Shown: positions 21,094-30,629 of the stretch, one piece after another | How positions within the stretch are numbered: the stretch's first letter is position 1 | Layout: every line of letters starts with the position of its first letter | Source of the DNA: Alphaproteobacteria bacterium | GTDB taxonomy: Bacteria; Pseudomonadota; Alphaproteobacteria; CALKHQ01 | NCBI GenBank assembly: GCA_965227515.1 | Contig: CBDDFZ010000001.1 | Location: 2,368,001 to 2,432,000, forward strand | DNA: 64,000 nt | Direction: 5' to 3' | Made by a program: the position numbers and the translations under genes | Notes under the pieces: model-generated | What the model was told of the DNA's origin: nothing | What the model saw: only the letters and a program-made list of their open reading frames with translations | The model's database searches: none

Positions 21094-22203
21094 ATGACCC
21101 ATCACCCCCTGCCGCCCGGGTCCACCATCGGCGTGCTCGGCAACGGCCAGCTTGGCCGCATGCTGGCAATTGCCGCCGCCCGCCTGGGCTATCGTTGCCA
21201 TGTGTTCGGGCCGGGGGCCGACAGCCCGGCCGAGCAGGTCGCGACCGCCGCGACCGTGGCCGACTACGACGACGAGGCGGCACTCGACCGCTTCGCCGAC
21301 GCCATCGACGTGGTCACCCTGGAGTTCGAGAACGTGCCCCATGCCGCCGCCGCGCGGGTGGCGGCGCGGGTGCCGGCGCGCCCATCGCCCGACGTGCTCG
21401 CCATCGCCCAGGACCGCCTCAGCGAGAAGACGTTTCTGAACGGCATCGACCAGCCGGTTTCGGTGCGCACGGCGATGTTCGCGCCCGCCACCGACGAGGC
21501 GTCGTTCCGGGCCGCGGTGGCCGAGGTCGGCCCCAACGCGATCGCCAAGACCACAACGTCCGGCTACGACGGCAAGGGGCAGGTGGCTGTCGAGCCGCAT
21601 ACCGACCTGGCCGAGGCGTGGCGAAGCTTCGCCGGCCGGCCGGTGGTGGTGGAGGGGCTGGTGCCGTTTCTGTGCGAGGTCTCGGTGGTCATCGCGCGCG
21701 GCATGGACGGGGCGTCGGCCTGCTTCGACACGGTGGAGAACGAGCACCGCGACCACATCCTGCACCGCACAGTGGCGCCGGCCCGCATCGACGGCAATCT
21801 GGCGGTGCGCGCGCAAATGACGGCCAAGGCCATTGCCGACGCGCTCGACCTTGTAGGTCTGCTGGCGGTGGAGATGTTCGTGACCCCGAACCGGCTGTTG
21901 CTGGTCAACGAGATCGCGCCGCGGCCGCACAATTCCGGCCACTGGACCATCGACTCCTGCGCCACCGACCAGTTCGAGCAGACGGTGCGCGCGGTCTGCG
22001 GCCTGCCGCTCGGCGATCCCAGCCGCCACCACGACGCGGAGATGCTGAACCTCTTGGGCGACGAGGTGCTTGGCGCATATGACGCGCTGGCCGATCCGAC
22101 GGCCCATGTGCATCTCTACGGCAAAGCCGAACCCCGGCCCGGCCGCAAGATGGGCCACATCACCCGGTTGCGTCCGTTGAATGCGACAGCGCTGCCCGGT
22201 TGA
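21094..22203 (+). CDS. purK: N5-CAIR synthase
   Basis: GNGQLGRML, TLEFEN, GYDGKGQ, NEIAPRPHNSGH, LYGK..RPGRKMGH. Confidence 0.96.
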   Translation: MTHHPLPPGSTIGVLGNGQLGRMLAIAAARLGYRCHVFGPGADSPAEQVATAATVADYDDEAALDRFADAIDVVTLEFENVPHAAAARVAARVPARPSPDVLAIAQDRLSEKTFLNGIDQPVSVRTAMFAPATDEASFRAAVAEVGPNAIAKTTTSGYDGKGQVAVEPHTDLAEAWRSFAGRPVVVEGLVPFLCEVSVVIARGMDGASACFDTVENEHRDHILHRTVAPARIDGNLAVRAQMTAKAIADALDLVGLLAVEMFVTPNRLLLVNEIAPRPHNSGHWTIDSCATDQFEQTVRAVCGLPLGDPSRHHDAEMLNLLGDEVLGAYDALADPTAHVHLYGKAEPRPGRKMGHITRLRPLNATALPG

Positions 22204-22212
22204 CGGTATCTC

Positions 22213-23031
22213 TCATGCTTCAATGCCGTCGCAAACGAGCTGATCCCAGAAGATCAGGATGATCAGCTTCTTCACCGTCGGGTGCAGGCTGTCGGTCACG
22301 TTGGACTGCGCCTCGCTCACCTGCACCGCCGTGAAGTCGGGATTCCGTGTCTCGACCATTCCCCAGACGATCTCGACGTAGCTCGCGGCGTGCTCGGTGG
22401 CGAGCTGGTCAGCTTCGTCGAAGTCGGACGCGACGGGGCCTGCCTTGCGGAACGTGTACATCCAGTCGGCGATGGTGCGCTGGGTCGCGCTGACCGCCAG
22501 ATTGTAGCGCCGGGCGATGATTTCGAGCTGGCTGCGCGCGGTGACGAACTGGTCGTCGCTGTCGATCTCGTAGCTGCGGCAGAGCAGCAGCGTGTTCTCG
22601 CCGATGATGGCGTTGACGTGGTCGATCTGCGCCTGCACCTCGGCCATCTTGCCGTCGGTCAGTTCGGAGATCTGGTTCCGCGCGCTGTCGACCTGGGCCT
22701 GGAGTTCGGTATTGATCTCGGTCTGCGCCGCCAGCACGCGGCCCGCGACTTCCTGGTCCAGGGATATCTTGACGTACTGGTTGATGCCGTCGTCGATGCG
22801 GGCGGGAATGGCGGCCAGCACATCGGGGGTCACGCGCGCGATGATCTGTTCGGAGGCGGACTCGGTCGCCCGGTTGATGACGGAGTCATAGGCGCCGAAG
22901 CCCAGAACGACAGCGCCGGTCGCCAGCAGGCTGCCGATGCCCGCGGTCCATTTCCATATCCGGCGCTTGGACTCTTCAACGATATTCTGGATCTGGTGTT
23001 CTTTCCACTCGTCCTCGGTCTCGAATATCAT
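22213..23031 (-). CDS. Hypothetical membrane-anchored helical/coiled-coil protein
   Basis: Single TM near the N-terminus; acidic heptad-rich body; AGAGG upstream. Confidence 0.65.
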   Translation of the reverse strand: MIFETEDEWKEHQIQNIVEESKRRIWKWTAGIGSLLATGAVVLGFGAYDSVINRATESASEQIIARVTPDVLAAIPARIDDGINQYVKISLDQEVAGRVLAAQTEINTELQAQVDSARNQISELTDGKMAEVQAQIDHVNAIIGENTLLLCRSYEIDSDDQFVTARSQLEIIARRYNLAVSATQRTIADWMYTFRKAGPVASDFDEADQLATEHAASYVEIVWGMVETRNPDFTAVQVSEAQSNVTDSLHPTVKKLIILIFWDQLVCDGIEA

Positions 23032-23130
23032 TTTCGTCCTCTTTCAAACTGAAGCTGTACTTACGATTGCTGTCCTTTCCTGGAGTTCCATTCCATCGTC
23101 CTGATGCGGGCGCCAACCTGCCACGGTGGC

Positions 23131-24267
23131 CTAGATGCCGCGTAGCGTCACCGTCTCACGTCGGCCGTTCCTGGCGGCGCGCATGATCGCATCGACGGTC
23201 TCGGCGACGCGGTAGCCGTCCTCGAACGTTGCGGAAACCGGGCCGACCGGCTGGTTCTCGACCATGGCCATCGCCATCCGGTGGGCCTGGAACGCGAAAC
23301 AGTCGATCCAGCCGATGGAGTGCGAGCCCTGGATGCCCACCGGCAGCCAGAAGTCGGCGAACGGCTCGTCCGGCGCCAGGATGGTGACGGTGCGCGCGCC
23401 CTTGCCCGGCTCCTTGATCCTGAGCTCGTTCAGCCGCTCCATCTCGAACCAGATCGAGCCCTTGGTGCCGTCGACCTCTATCCGGCCGGTCAGCGGGTGC
23501 GCCTCGTCGACCCGCGAGGCCTCGAACACCGCGGTCGCGCCGTTGTCCATGGTACAGGCCGCCCCGAACCAATCGTCGTTGACCGGCACGTTGCGCCCGT
23601 CGGGATCGCGGCTCCAGGTCTCCGCCATCGCGGTCACCTCCGCCACCTCCGCGCCCACGAGAAAACGGGCGGCGTCGATGTGGTGGGAGCCGAGGTCGCC
23701 CAGCGCGCCATGGCCCGCCACCGCCGGGTCGTAACGCCACGACAGGTGGCCGTCCGGGTGCTGCATGTTGAGCAGAAACTGGCTGCGATAGTGGCGCACG
23801 CGGCCGATCTCGCCGGCCGCGATCATCCGCCGCGCCGCGTCCAGCGCGGGGATCGCGCGGTGCAGGAAGGCGCACATATGGTGCACGCCGGTGGCGGCGA
23901 CCTCGCGCCAGAGCTGGAACGCCTCGTCGGCGTCGCGGGCCAGCGGCTTCTCGCAGAAGATGTGCTTGCCGGCCTTGGCCGCCGCGACGCACGGTTCCAG
24001 GTGCAGGTCGTTGGGGCCGGAGTTGATGAAGAGCTCCACATCGGGGTCGTCCAGCACCGCCGGCCAGTCGTCCACCGTGCGCGCCCAGCCATAGCGGTCG
24101 GCGACCTCCGCGGCGAGGTCGGCGTTGGGCTCGGCGAGAACGCGCAGGTCGGCCTCGATGCGCGGCTGGCGTTGCGCGGCGGCGAGCTTGCCGAATGCCA
24201 GCGCGTGCATCTGGCCGATGAAGCCGGCGCCGAGCATGCCGATGCCGATGGTGCGGTGGGAGGTCAT
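23131..24267 (-). CDS. Gfo/Idh/MocA oxidoreductase
   Basis: GAGFIG, FCEKPL, GALGDLGSH. Confidence 0.9.
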   Translation of the reverse strand: MTSHRTIGIGMLGAGFIGQMHALAFGKLAAAQRQPRIEADLRVLAEPNADLAAEVADRYGWARTVDDWPAVLDDPDVELFINSGPNDLHLEPCVAAAKAGKHIFCEKPLARDADEAFQLWREVAATGVHHMCAFLHRAIPALDAARRMIAAGEIGRVRHYRSQFLLNMQHPDGHLSWRYDPAVAGHGALGDLGSHHIDAARFLVGAEVAEVTAMAETWSRDPDGRNVPVNDDWFGAACTMDNGATAVFEASRVDEAHPLTGRIEVDGTKGSIWFEMERLNELRIKEPGKGARTVTILAPDEPFADFWLPVGIQGSHSIGWIDCFAFQAHRMAMAMVENQPVGPVSATFEDGYRVAETVDAIMRAARNGRRETVTLRGI

Positions 24268-24286
24268 GGGCGTTCCTCAAACAGTG

Positions 24287-25471
24287 TTATTTTGTGCCGA
24301 GCATGGAGGCCAGGGTCACCCAGCGCCCGTCGTCTTCCTGCGAGGCCATGGCGGCGTCGAAGAACGCCATGGTCGCCACGCCATCGTCGACGGTCGGCAC
24401 GTCGCTCCAGGTACTGTCGGCGGGCAGGCCCAGGCGCTGGGCGATGATGGTGCGCGCGAAGTCGCGATAGAGGTTGGCGAAGCCGAGGACATAGCCCTCC
24501 GGGTGGCCGTGGCGCAGCCGGCTGGCGTTCTCCGCGCTGTCGCTCAGCCAGTCGTTGCCGGGGGTGATGACGCGCTGGCCGCCATCCGGGTGCTTCAGGA
24601 TCAGCCGGCCCGGCTCCTCCTGCTGCCAGTGCAGGCTGCCGGTCTCGCCGAAGATGCGGAAGCCCATGCCGTGCTCCTGGCCGGCGGCGACGAAGCTCAG
24701 CCACATGCGGCCGACCGCGCCGCCCGCGAACCGCAGCGACAACCTGCCATCGTCATAGGTTTCGCGGCCCGGCGCGAAGATGGTGAAGTCGGCCGACACC
24801 GCCTCGCAGGCAAGCCCGCTGACGTAGCTCGCCATGTGAATGGCGTGGGTGCCGATTTCGCCCAGGATCGCGCCCTTGCCGATGAATTCCGGCTTGAAGC
24901 GCCAGTGCCGCTGCGACCGGTCCGGGTTCTCGGTCATGAAATCGCCGTTGATGAAGTCGGTCTCGATCTGCCGCACCCGGCCGATGGTGCCGGACCGCAC
25001 CATCTCGCGCGCCTCGCGGATCAGCGGATAACCGGTGTAGCAGTGGGTCAGCACGAAGTTGCGCCCGGTCCGGCGGACCGTCTCGGCAAGCGCCTCCGCC
25101 TCGGCCGCATTGGCGGTCATCGGCTTCTCGCAAACCACGTCGATGCCGGCGTCCATGAAGGCCTGGGCCATCTCGGCATGGGTGTTTGGCGGGGTGCAGA
25201 TCGTCACCACGTCGATGCCGTCGTCGCGCGCCGCCTCTGCCTCGGCCATCGTGCGAAAGTCGGGATAGGTGCGGTCGGGCGCCAGCAGCAGTGCTTCGGC
25301 CGAGCGCCGGGCGATATCGCGGTCGATGGACAGGCAGCCGGCGACCAGGTCGTAGTAGCCGTCGACCCGCATCGACAGCCGGTGTACCTCGCCGATCAGG
25401 CCGTCCTGCCCGCCGCCGACCATGCCGATCCTCAGCCGCCGGCCGAATTGTTGCAGCAGCGTATTGCTCAT
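24287..25471 (-). CDS. Gfo/Idh/MocA oxidoreductase
   Basis: GMVGGG, VCEKPM, GEIGTH, GHPEGY. Confidence 0.9.
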   Translation of the reverse strand: MSNTLLQQFGRRLRIGMVGGGQDGLIGEVHRLSMRVDGYYDLVAGCLSIDRDIARRSAEALLLAPDRTYPDFRTMAEAEAARDDGIDVVTICTPPNTHAEMAQAFMDAGIDVVCEKPMTANAAEAEALAETVRRTGRNFVLTHCYTGYPLIREAREMVRSGTIGRVRQIETDFINGDFMTENPDRSQRHWRFKPEFIGKGAILGEIGTHAIHMASYVSGLACEAVSADFTIFAPGRETYDDGRLSLRFAGGAVGRMWLSFVAAGQEHGMGFRIFGETGSLHWQQEEPGRLILKHPDGGQRVITPGNDWLSDSAENASRLRHGHPEGYVLGFANLYRDFARTIIAQRLGLPADSTWSDVPTVDDGVATMAFFDAAMASQEDDGRWVTLASMLGTK

Positions 25472-25488
25472 CGTGCAGCGCTCATCTT

Positions 25489-26688
25489 CTACTCCGCGGC
25501 GTCTCGGCCGGCTTCGGTTGGGCGGTCCAGCATGCGCTCTGCGACCCAGCGGTGAAAGCAATGGGTGGGGCCTTCCATAACGGGCGAGAACACGCCGCCG
25601 TCGAACCGGTCGGCGCGGCGGCCGTGTTGCATGCCCTCGACCACGCCGACGTCCTCCTCGAACACCGCCCGCCACATGGCGGCGTTGGCCGCGCGCAGGG
25701 CGGCGACCGGTTCGTCCCGCATGGCGTCGCTCGCATAGTAGATCTCGACTTCCTCCACCGTGCGGGTGGGCGACACCGGGTCGAGCCTAATGGTGTAGTA
25801 GTGGTCGTTGTGGGCGCCCAGCAGCACGTTCGGGTAGAGTGCGACGTATTCGGCGCCTTCCGTCCACTCCGGCCCCAGCCCGGCGAACTGGTCGAACCGG
25901 CGGCCCTCGGCATCGAGCTGCGGCCGGTAGACCCGGGTTCCCTGGCCGGAAAACGTCCCCGGCGCCTCGATGTGGTAGTGGTCGCGCAGCTTGGAATAGC
26001 GGTTGAGCGCCGGGTGCACGAACGGCAGATGGTAGGACTCGCAGTAGTTCTCCACCGCGAGCTTCCAGTTGGTCTCCACCGTCAGCGCGAACGAGCTGTC
26101 GGCACCGCCGTGGTGCAGAGTGGCCGCGGCATGGGCCGGCCAGCGTGCCGCCAAGGGCGCGATATAGGCATCGAAGGGTGCCGCGGTGCCGTCCAGATTG
26201 ACGAACACCATGTCCAGGAAGGTCGCCGACCGCACCTCGATCAGCCCACGCTCGGATCGCTCGATGCGCGGGTGGGTGTGCACGCCCTGGCCGCCGACAT
26301 GGGGCGTGCGGGTCAACCGACCGTCAAGGCCGTAGCACCAGCCATGATAGGGGCAGCGCACCGTACTGGCATGCGCCGGCCGGTCGACCAGCCGCATGCC
26401 GCGGTGGCGGAACACGTTCAGGTACACACGGACCGCGCCCTCATCGTCGCGCACCAGCAGCAGAGGTTGGCCGAGGAATTCGACCGGGCGCATGTCGCCT
26501 GTTGCGGGCACGTCCTTGCCGAAGCCGGCACAGGCCCATTGGCTGCGGAAGATGCGGTCTCGTTCGGCGGCGAAGAAGGCCGGGTCGGCATAGGCGGCGT
26601 TCGGCAGCCCATCGGCCTGCTCGATCGGCCGCGCGACACGGGCCAGGCGCTCTTGCAGTGCCTCAGCCAGCCCGTGATGCGTGTCCAT
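25489..26688 (-). CDS. Rieske aromatic-ring-hydroxylating oxygenase alpha subunit (choline monooxygenase-like); first Rieske Cys replaced by Phe
   Basis: NVFRHRG...CPYHGW, NWKLAVENYCESYHLPFVHP, FEED. Confidence 0.85.
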   Translation of the reverse strand: MDTHHGLAEALQERLARVARPIEQADGLPNAAYADPAFFAAERDRIFRSQWACAGFGKDVPATGDMRPVEFLGQPLLLVRDDEGAVRVYLNVFRHRGMRLVDRPAHASTVRCPYHGWCYGLDGRLTRTPHVGGQGVHTHPRIERSERGLIEVRSATFLDMVFVNLDGTAAPFDAYIAPLAARWPAHAAATLHHGGADSSFALTVETNWKLAVENYCESYHLPFVHPALNRYSKLRDHYHIEAPGTFSGQGTRVYRPQLDAEGRRFDQFAGLGPEWTEGAEYVALYPNVLLGAHNDHYYTIRLDPVSPTRTVEEVEIYYASDAMRDEPVAALRAANAAMWRAVFEEDVGVVEGMQHGRRADRFDGGVFSPVMEGPTHCFHRWVAERMLDRPTEAGRDAAE

Positions 26689-26693
26689 GGCGG

Positions 26694-27569
26694 TTATTCC
26701 AGCCGGCCGTCGGGCGCCCGGTTCCACGCCAGCGGCTCCACCGTGCCGTGATAGCGCGTCATCAGCGGCTCCACCCGGCTGCGCGCGGCCTCCGGCCATG
26801 AATCGGGGAAGGCCGCGCCGCCGGCATCGGTGTCGACCTCCTCGCGCGCGGCGACCTTGGCGACCCGGGCCTGCATCGCCTCGGGCTGGCGCTGGAACGC
26901 CGGGTGATACCACAGCGTGATCAACAGCCGCTCGTCGTCGGTCCGGTTGGCGTAGGCGCTGTGCAGCACACGGGCATCGCCGATGACGACGTCGCCGCGC
27001 CGCACTGGGACCGGCACCTCATCGGGTGCCGAGCGATAGGCCACATGGTCCGGATCGCTCACTTCGGCCATCTCAGGCGTGTGGGCGTTGGCGACCAGAT
27101 CGTGCAGCGGATGGCGGTGGCGGTGCGATCCCGGGATCACCCGCAGGCAGCCATTCTCCACCGACGTGTCGGTCAGATAGACCATGACGAAGACCTGGTG
27201 GATATCGCTGGCGTAGCTCGACGCATCGTCCCAGCCCCACCAGTCCTGATGCCAGAACAGCGGCGGGCCGTGCGGCGGCTTTGAGATCAGGTAGCCGGAG
27301 CTGAAGCACGCGTCGTCGAGGCTGAGGTCGCGGAGCGCATCGAGCACGATCGGCGAGGCGATGAGGTCGGCGAAGGCCGGGTCCTCGGCGACATGGATCA
27401 GGCTGCCCTGGGACCGTGTCTTGGCGCGCTCGTCCGCCGGCATGGCGTCGAGCAGGCGGCGGCCGACTTCCTCCAGCCGCCCAATCAGGTCCGTCGGAAT
27501 CTTGTCGCGGAGGACACAGACGCCGTCACGCTCCAGGGCTGCCCGGTCGTCGCCGAATTGGTGCGCCAT
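26694..27569 (-). CDS. Phytanoyl-CoA dioxygenase (PhyH) family Fe/2OG enzyme
   Basis: WHQD, ENGCLRVIPGSH, LHSAYAN, R after ND. Confidence 0.88.
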   Translation of the reverse strand: MAHQFGDDRAALERDGVCVLRDKIPTDLIGRLEEVGRRLLDAMPADERAKTRSQGSLIHVAEDPAFADLIASPIVLDALRDLSLDDACFSSGYLISKPPHGPPLFWHQDWWGWDDASSYASDIHQVFVMVYLTDTSVENGCLRVIPGSHRHRHPLHDLVANAHTPEMAEVSDPDHVAYRSAPDEVPVPVRRGDVVIGDARVLHSAYANRTDDERLLITLWYHPAFQRQPEAMQARVAKVAAREEVDTDAGGAAFPDSWPEAARSRVEPLMTRYHGTVEPLAWNRAPDGRLE

Positions 27570-27668
27570 CGCCGCTACCGCACGCCGGTGGGCAACCGCG
27601 TGTCCGCCATCGAGTTCAGGCTCATGCCCCCTCCCTTTCTGTTTGGGGGAATGCTAGCGCATTTCGAC

Positions 27669-27833
27669 CTAGTGTGGTGGTTTCGAAGTTCGCCATACAA
27701 CTGCGGTGGTACCTGCGCGAACTTCGAAACCGAAAACCACACTAGAAACAATATGTTGCTAGTGTCCCAATCGAATCTGAAGTTCGATCGAGGCCAGCAG
27801 ATACTGTTACGAACTTCAGATTCGGGACACTAG
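27669..27833. mobile_element. Double-hairpin CTAG-bounded MITE-like element (units 27669-27745 and 27759-27833)
   Basis: CTAGTGTGGTGGTTTCGAAGTTCG...CGAACTTCGAAACC..ACCACACTAG and CTAGTGTCCC..CGAATCTGAAGTTCG...CGAACTTCAGATTCGGGACACTAG. Confidence 0.7.
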
Positions 27834-27958
27834 ATCGGGATCAGCTTACGCTGAATCTGCGCCAGCCCTCTCCCCCACCCGGCCACCCAGCAGGATACTG
27901 TCGTTGGGCGGCCGGGTGGGGGAGAGGGCCGGTGCCGACTTAGATGATCATGCTCTAG
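27830..27958. mobile_element. ~129-bp CTAG-bounded palindromic MITE-like element, copy 1
   Basis: CTAGATCGGGATCAGC...CCCTCTCCCCCACCCGGCC-loop-GGCCGGGTGGGGGAGAGGG...GATCATGCTCTAG; 5 copies in the window. Confidence 0.85.
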
Positions 27959-27992
27959 CCGCAAATTGGGCCAAGAGCTCGGCCCAAACGGA

Positions 27993-28016
27993 AGCGGCGG
28001 CCCGAAGGCCGCCGCT
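27993..28016 (-). terminator. Hairpin downstream of the TadG-like gene
   Basis: 10-bp stem AGCGGCGGCC with a UUCG loop on the minus strand. Confidence 0.55.
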
Positions 28017-28045
28017 GCATGGGGGTAGTCGATGGAGGGGGTCGT

Positions 28046-29503
28046 CTATTCGGCGATCCTGAGGTTGGCCAGTTCCGATGCGATCTGGCGGAACGCCAAC
28101 TGCAGGGACTCGTTCGACGGCGAGTTGAAGTAGTAGTCGTCGTCCGTGGCGCACGCTTCGTACATCGCGTCGGTATCGTCGTCATTCACCTGGAACAGGA
28201 TGGTGTAGAGGATGATGCCCTGCGCCTTCATCGAGCTGCACAGCTGGGTCAGCCGATAGTCCATCTGGTCGACCGCGTAGTTGGTGTTCCAGGTGGTGCC
28301 CAGGCGGCCGTCCTGAATGAAGCCGTGCGCGTTCTTGGCGGTGCCGCCCATGGACCAGAAGTTCACGCCGTCGGTCAGCAGGATGACGACCTTCTCCATC
28401 TGGTCGGTGCCGTAGTCCAGCGGCAGGTTGGCCGGGTCCACGGAGTCGGTCCACAGCCCGCGCCAGCGCGGCGAGATGGCGCGCCATCCCCAGGCCAGGC
28501 CAACGTGCGAGGTGGTGCCGTTGAAGTCGGGCTCCATGGCGTCGATGGCCGTGTGGATCTGGGTCTGCGACTGAATCAGCGGGGTGATGGCCTGGCCGCA
28601 CGCCTTGTTCGGGCCGGAGCTGTCGTACGGGCCCCAGTACATTTCGGACTTCACCGGCGGCCACTCGTTCATGTTGCTGTTGGTCACGCCGGATTCCCAC
28701 AGCAGGGCTGTGAACAGCTCCTCGCTGGGCGGATCGTCGGTCATGTCGCGGCCGGAGGCGTCACGCGCCTCGACGCAGCCTTCCCAGTCTTCCGGATAGA
28801 AGTCGTTGTTGTCGAAGTCGGCGGTCAGCCAGTCGGTGTGCGAGTTGCCGACGTTCACGGCGGCGACATAGGGCACCAGGCCGATATAGAGGTCGTCCAG
28901 GGTCTCGTTGTTGCCGAACAGCGAGTTTACCAACTCATGCGCGGCGTCCTGCATGGCTTCCATCTTGCCACCGCTGTTCATGGACCATGTGTTGTCCATG
29001 ACCAGGATGATTTCCATGCCACGCGTCGCGCGGTGCACCACCGAGCGGGCGCACACTTCGATATCGCTGAAGCCGAGCATGCCCATCACGGTCGTCTCGA
29101 CGTCGATGCAGGCGTTGGCCACCAGCCGGTTGCCTTCGTCCTCGCGGTCCAGCGTGTAGGTCAGGTTCGACCAGCCGCCGTCATTGGACATATTGGCGTT
29201 GAGGTAGGAGATGAAATAGGAGAGCTGCTCGTCGGCATCCAGCGACTTGCCGGCGGCCAGCGTCGCCGCGTCCAGCGCCTCGGTCAGCTGGTGCTTCGAC
29301 ATCATGCCGACGCCGCTGTCCAGGGCCAGGCCGGTCATCGCCAACAGCGGCATGATCCAGACCGCCAGCGTCACCGCGGCAGCGCCGTCCTGGTCGCGCC
29401 GGAAGGCGCCGGCGATGGAACGCAGACCCCGCGTCGGCTGTTCGACCGGTGCGGGGAGACCTGGCATGGCTGGGGTGTTCACATCAGTCATCATCTTTGC
29501 CAC
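28046..29503 (-). CDS. TadG/TadE-like Flp pilus-associated vWA protein
   Basis: FRRDQDGAAAV + TM pilin-like N-terminus; LVMDNTWSM MIDAS-like motif; WEGCVEAR; LLTDG. Confidence 0.85.
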   Translation of the reverse strand: MAKMMTDVNTPAMPGLPAPVEQPTRGLRSIAGAFRRDQDGAAAVTLAVWIMPLLAMTGLALDSGVGMMSKHQLTEALDAATLAAGKSLDADEQLSYFISYLNANMSNDGGWSNLTYTLDREDEGNRLVANACIDVETTVMGMLGFSDIEVCARSVVHRATRGMEIILVMDNTWSMNSGGKMEAMQDAAHELVNSLFGNNETLDDLYIGLVPYVAAVNVGNSHTDWLTADFDNNDFYPEDWEGCVEARDASGRDMTDDPPSEELFTALLWESGVTNSNMNEWPPVKSEMYWGPYDSSGPNKACGQAITPLIQSQTQIHTAIDAMEPDFNGTTSHVGLAWGWRAISPRWRGLWTDSVDPANLPLDYGTDQMEKVVILLTDGVNFWSMGGTAKNAHGFIQDGRLGTTWNTNYAVDQMDYRLTQLCSSMKAQGIILYTILFQVNDDDTDAMYEACATDDDYYFNSPSNESLQLAFRQIASELANLRIAE

Positions 29504-29824
29504 CTGGCGTTAACATGCGCACTGCCTGCGCTGATCGACACTACGTCGAAGAAAATCCCGCATAATCATCGCATAATGATGAATGGATGCCAGAATTTTC
29601 AATTCGAATTCGCATTGCATTTGAGCCAACTTCGGCAAAGTGCGGGTGCGGCCGCAGGATGTCTAGGATCGCACTGCTATCGTTAACATCTCATTGACGA
29701 AGATTACCGCGAGGACTTGGCGGAACCGGGCGACCAAACGCGCAAGGGCCGCGCCGACGGAAGCGTCCGTCTCGTGCGCGGCCCGGTTTCGGCAGACTCA
29801 GCAGGCGTCACTCACCCGCGTCAT

Positions 29825-30496
29825 TCAGTAGTTGGGCGGCGGTGGCGGTGGCTTGAAGTCGCGGCCCGGATTGACGGCGCCGTCGGCCGTGGCGTCATTC
29901 TCGTTGACCAGTGCGGCCGGCGGGGTGGGTGCGGTGGGGACCACCACGGTCTCGCCGGAAAGCACCGGGGTCTGCGGCTGGACCGGCGTTTGCGGCTGGA
30001 CCGGATTGGACGGTGCAACCGTCACCACCGGCGGATCGCCGACACCGTCGAACTCGCCATCGAACTCGTCAGTCGGGATGTTCGGGGTCTGGCCCGGCGG
30101 CAGTGCAACGCTCTGTGCCGGCGCGGTGGGCGCGGGCGCCCCGCCGCTCAGCTCGATCACGATGTTGCCGCCCTGCTGGCGGGCACGCACGATGGCATTG
30201 TCACCGTTCCCGGCCAGTACGACCGTGCCGGGGGCGCCGCCACCGGGCGCCACCACGCTGCGGCCGACCGAGTTGATCGCAATGGTGCAACCCGCCTGGC
30301 AATGGCCGGTGAACAGGATGCGCACATCCTCGGCCGCGACCTGAACGGGCGCGGCACCGCCGACGCTGACCGACAGCGGGAAGTTGGTGCCGTTCTCCAG
30401 GGTGAAGGCCGATGCCGACTGCGCGCCGATGGCGGCTGCGGCTATGGCGGCGCCCGCGACCAGAACGGGCCGGCGCCAGCTTGAATTCAGCTTCAT
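29825..30496 (-). CDS. Secreted Pro-rich hypothetical protein
   Basis: Signal ending ASA; small Cys-containing domain; PVQPQT tandem repeat; poly-Pro tail. Confidence 0.65.
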   Translation of the reverse strand: MKLNSSWRRPVLVAGAAIAAAAIGAQSASAFTLENGTNFPLSVSVGGAAPVQVAAEDVRILFTGHCQAGCTIAINSVGRSVVAPGGGAPGTVVLAGNGDNAIVRARQQGGNIVIELSGGAPAPTAPAQSVALPPGQTPNIPTDEFDGEFDGVGDPPVVTVAPSNPVQPQTPVQPQTPVLSGETVVVPTAPTPPAALVNENDATADGAVNPGRDFKPPPPPPNY

Positions 30497-30629
30497 AACG
30501 CTTCTCCAATCCCAACCCTTTTGGGGCCTGCCTTTTTGGGGCCTGGGGACGAGATTTCACTTAGGCGCGGCAATATGGCGAATCAATGGCCTGGGCGGCG
30601 CGCGGGCCGTTTGCCGTCGTTATCTCTTG

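Noticed and set aside
27669-27958. Possible CRISPR array or attC cassette sites
   Set aside because: Units are non-identical palindromes without regular unique spacers; no cas or integron integrase in the window; no clear RYYYAAC/GTTRRRY ends
30519-30546. Direct repeat TTTTGGGGCCTG x2
   Set aside because: Too short, with no independent support for function
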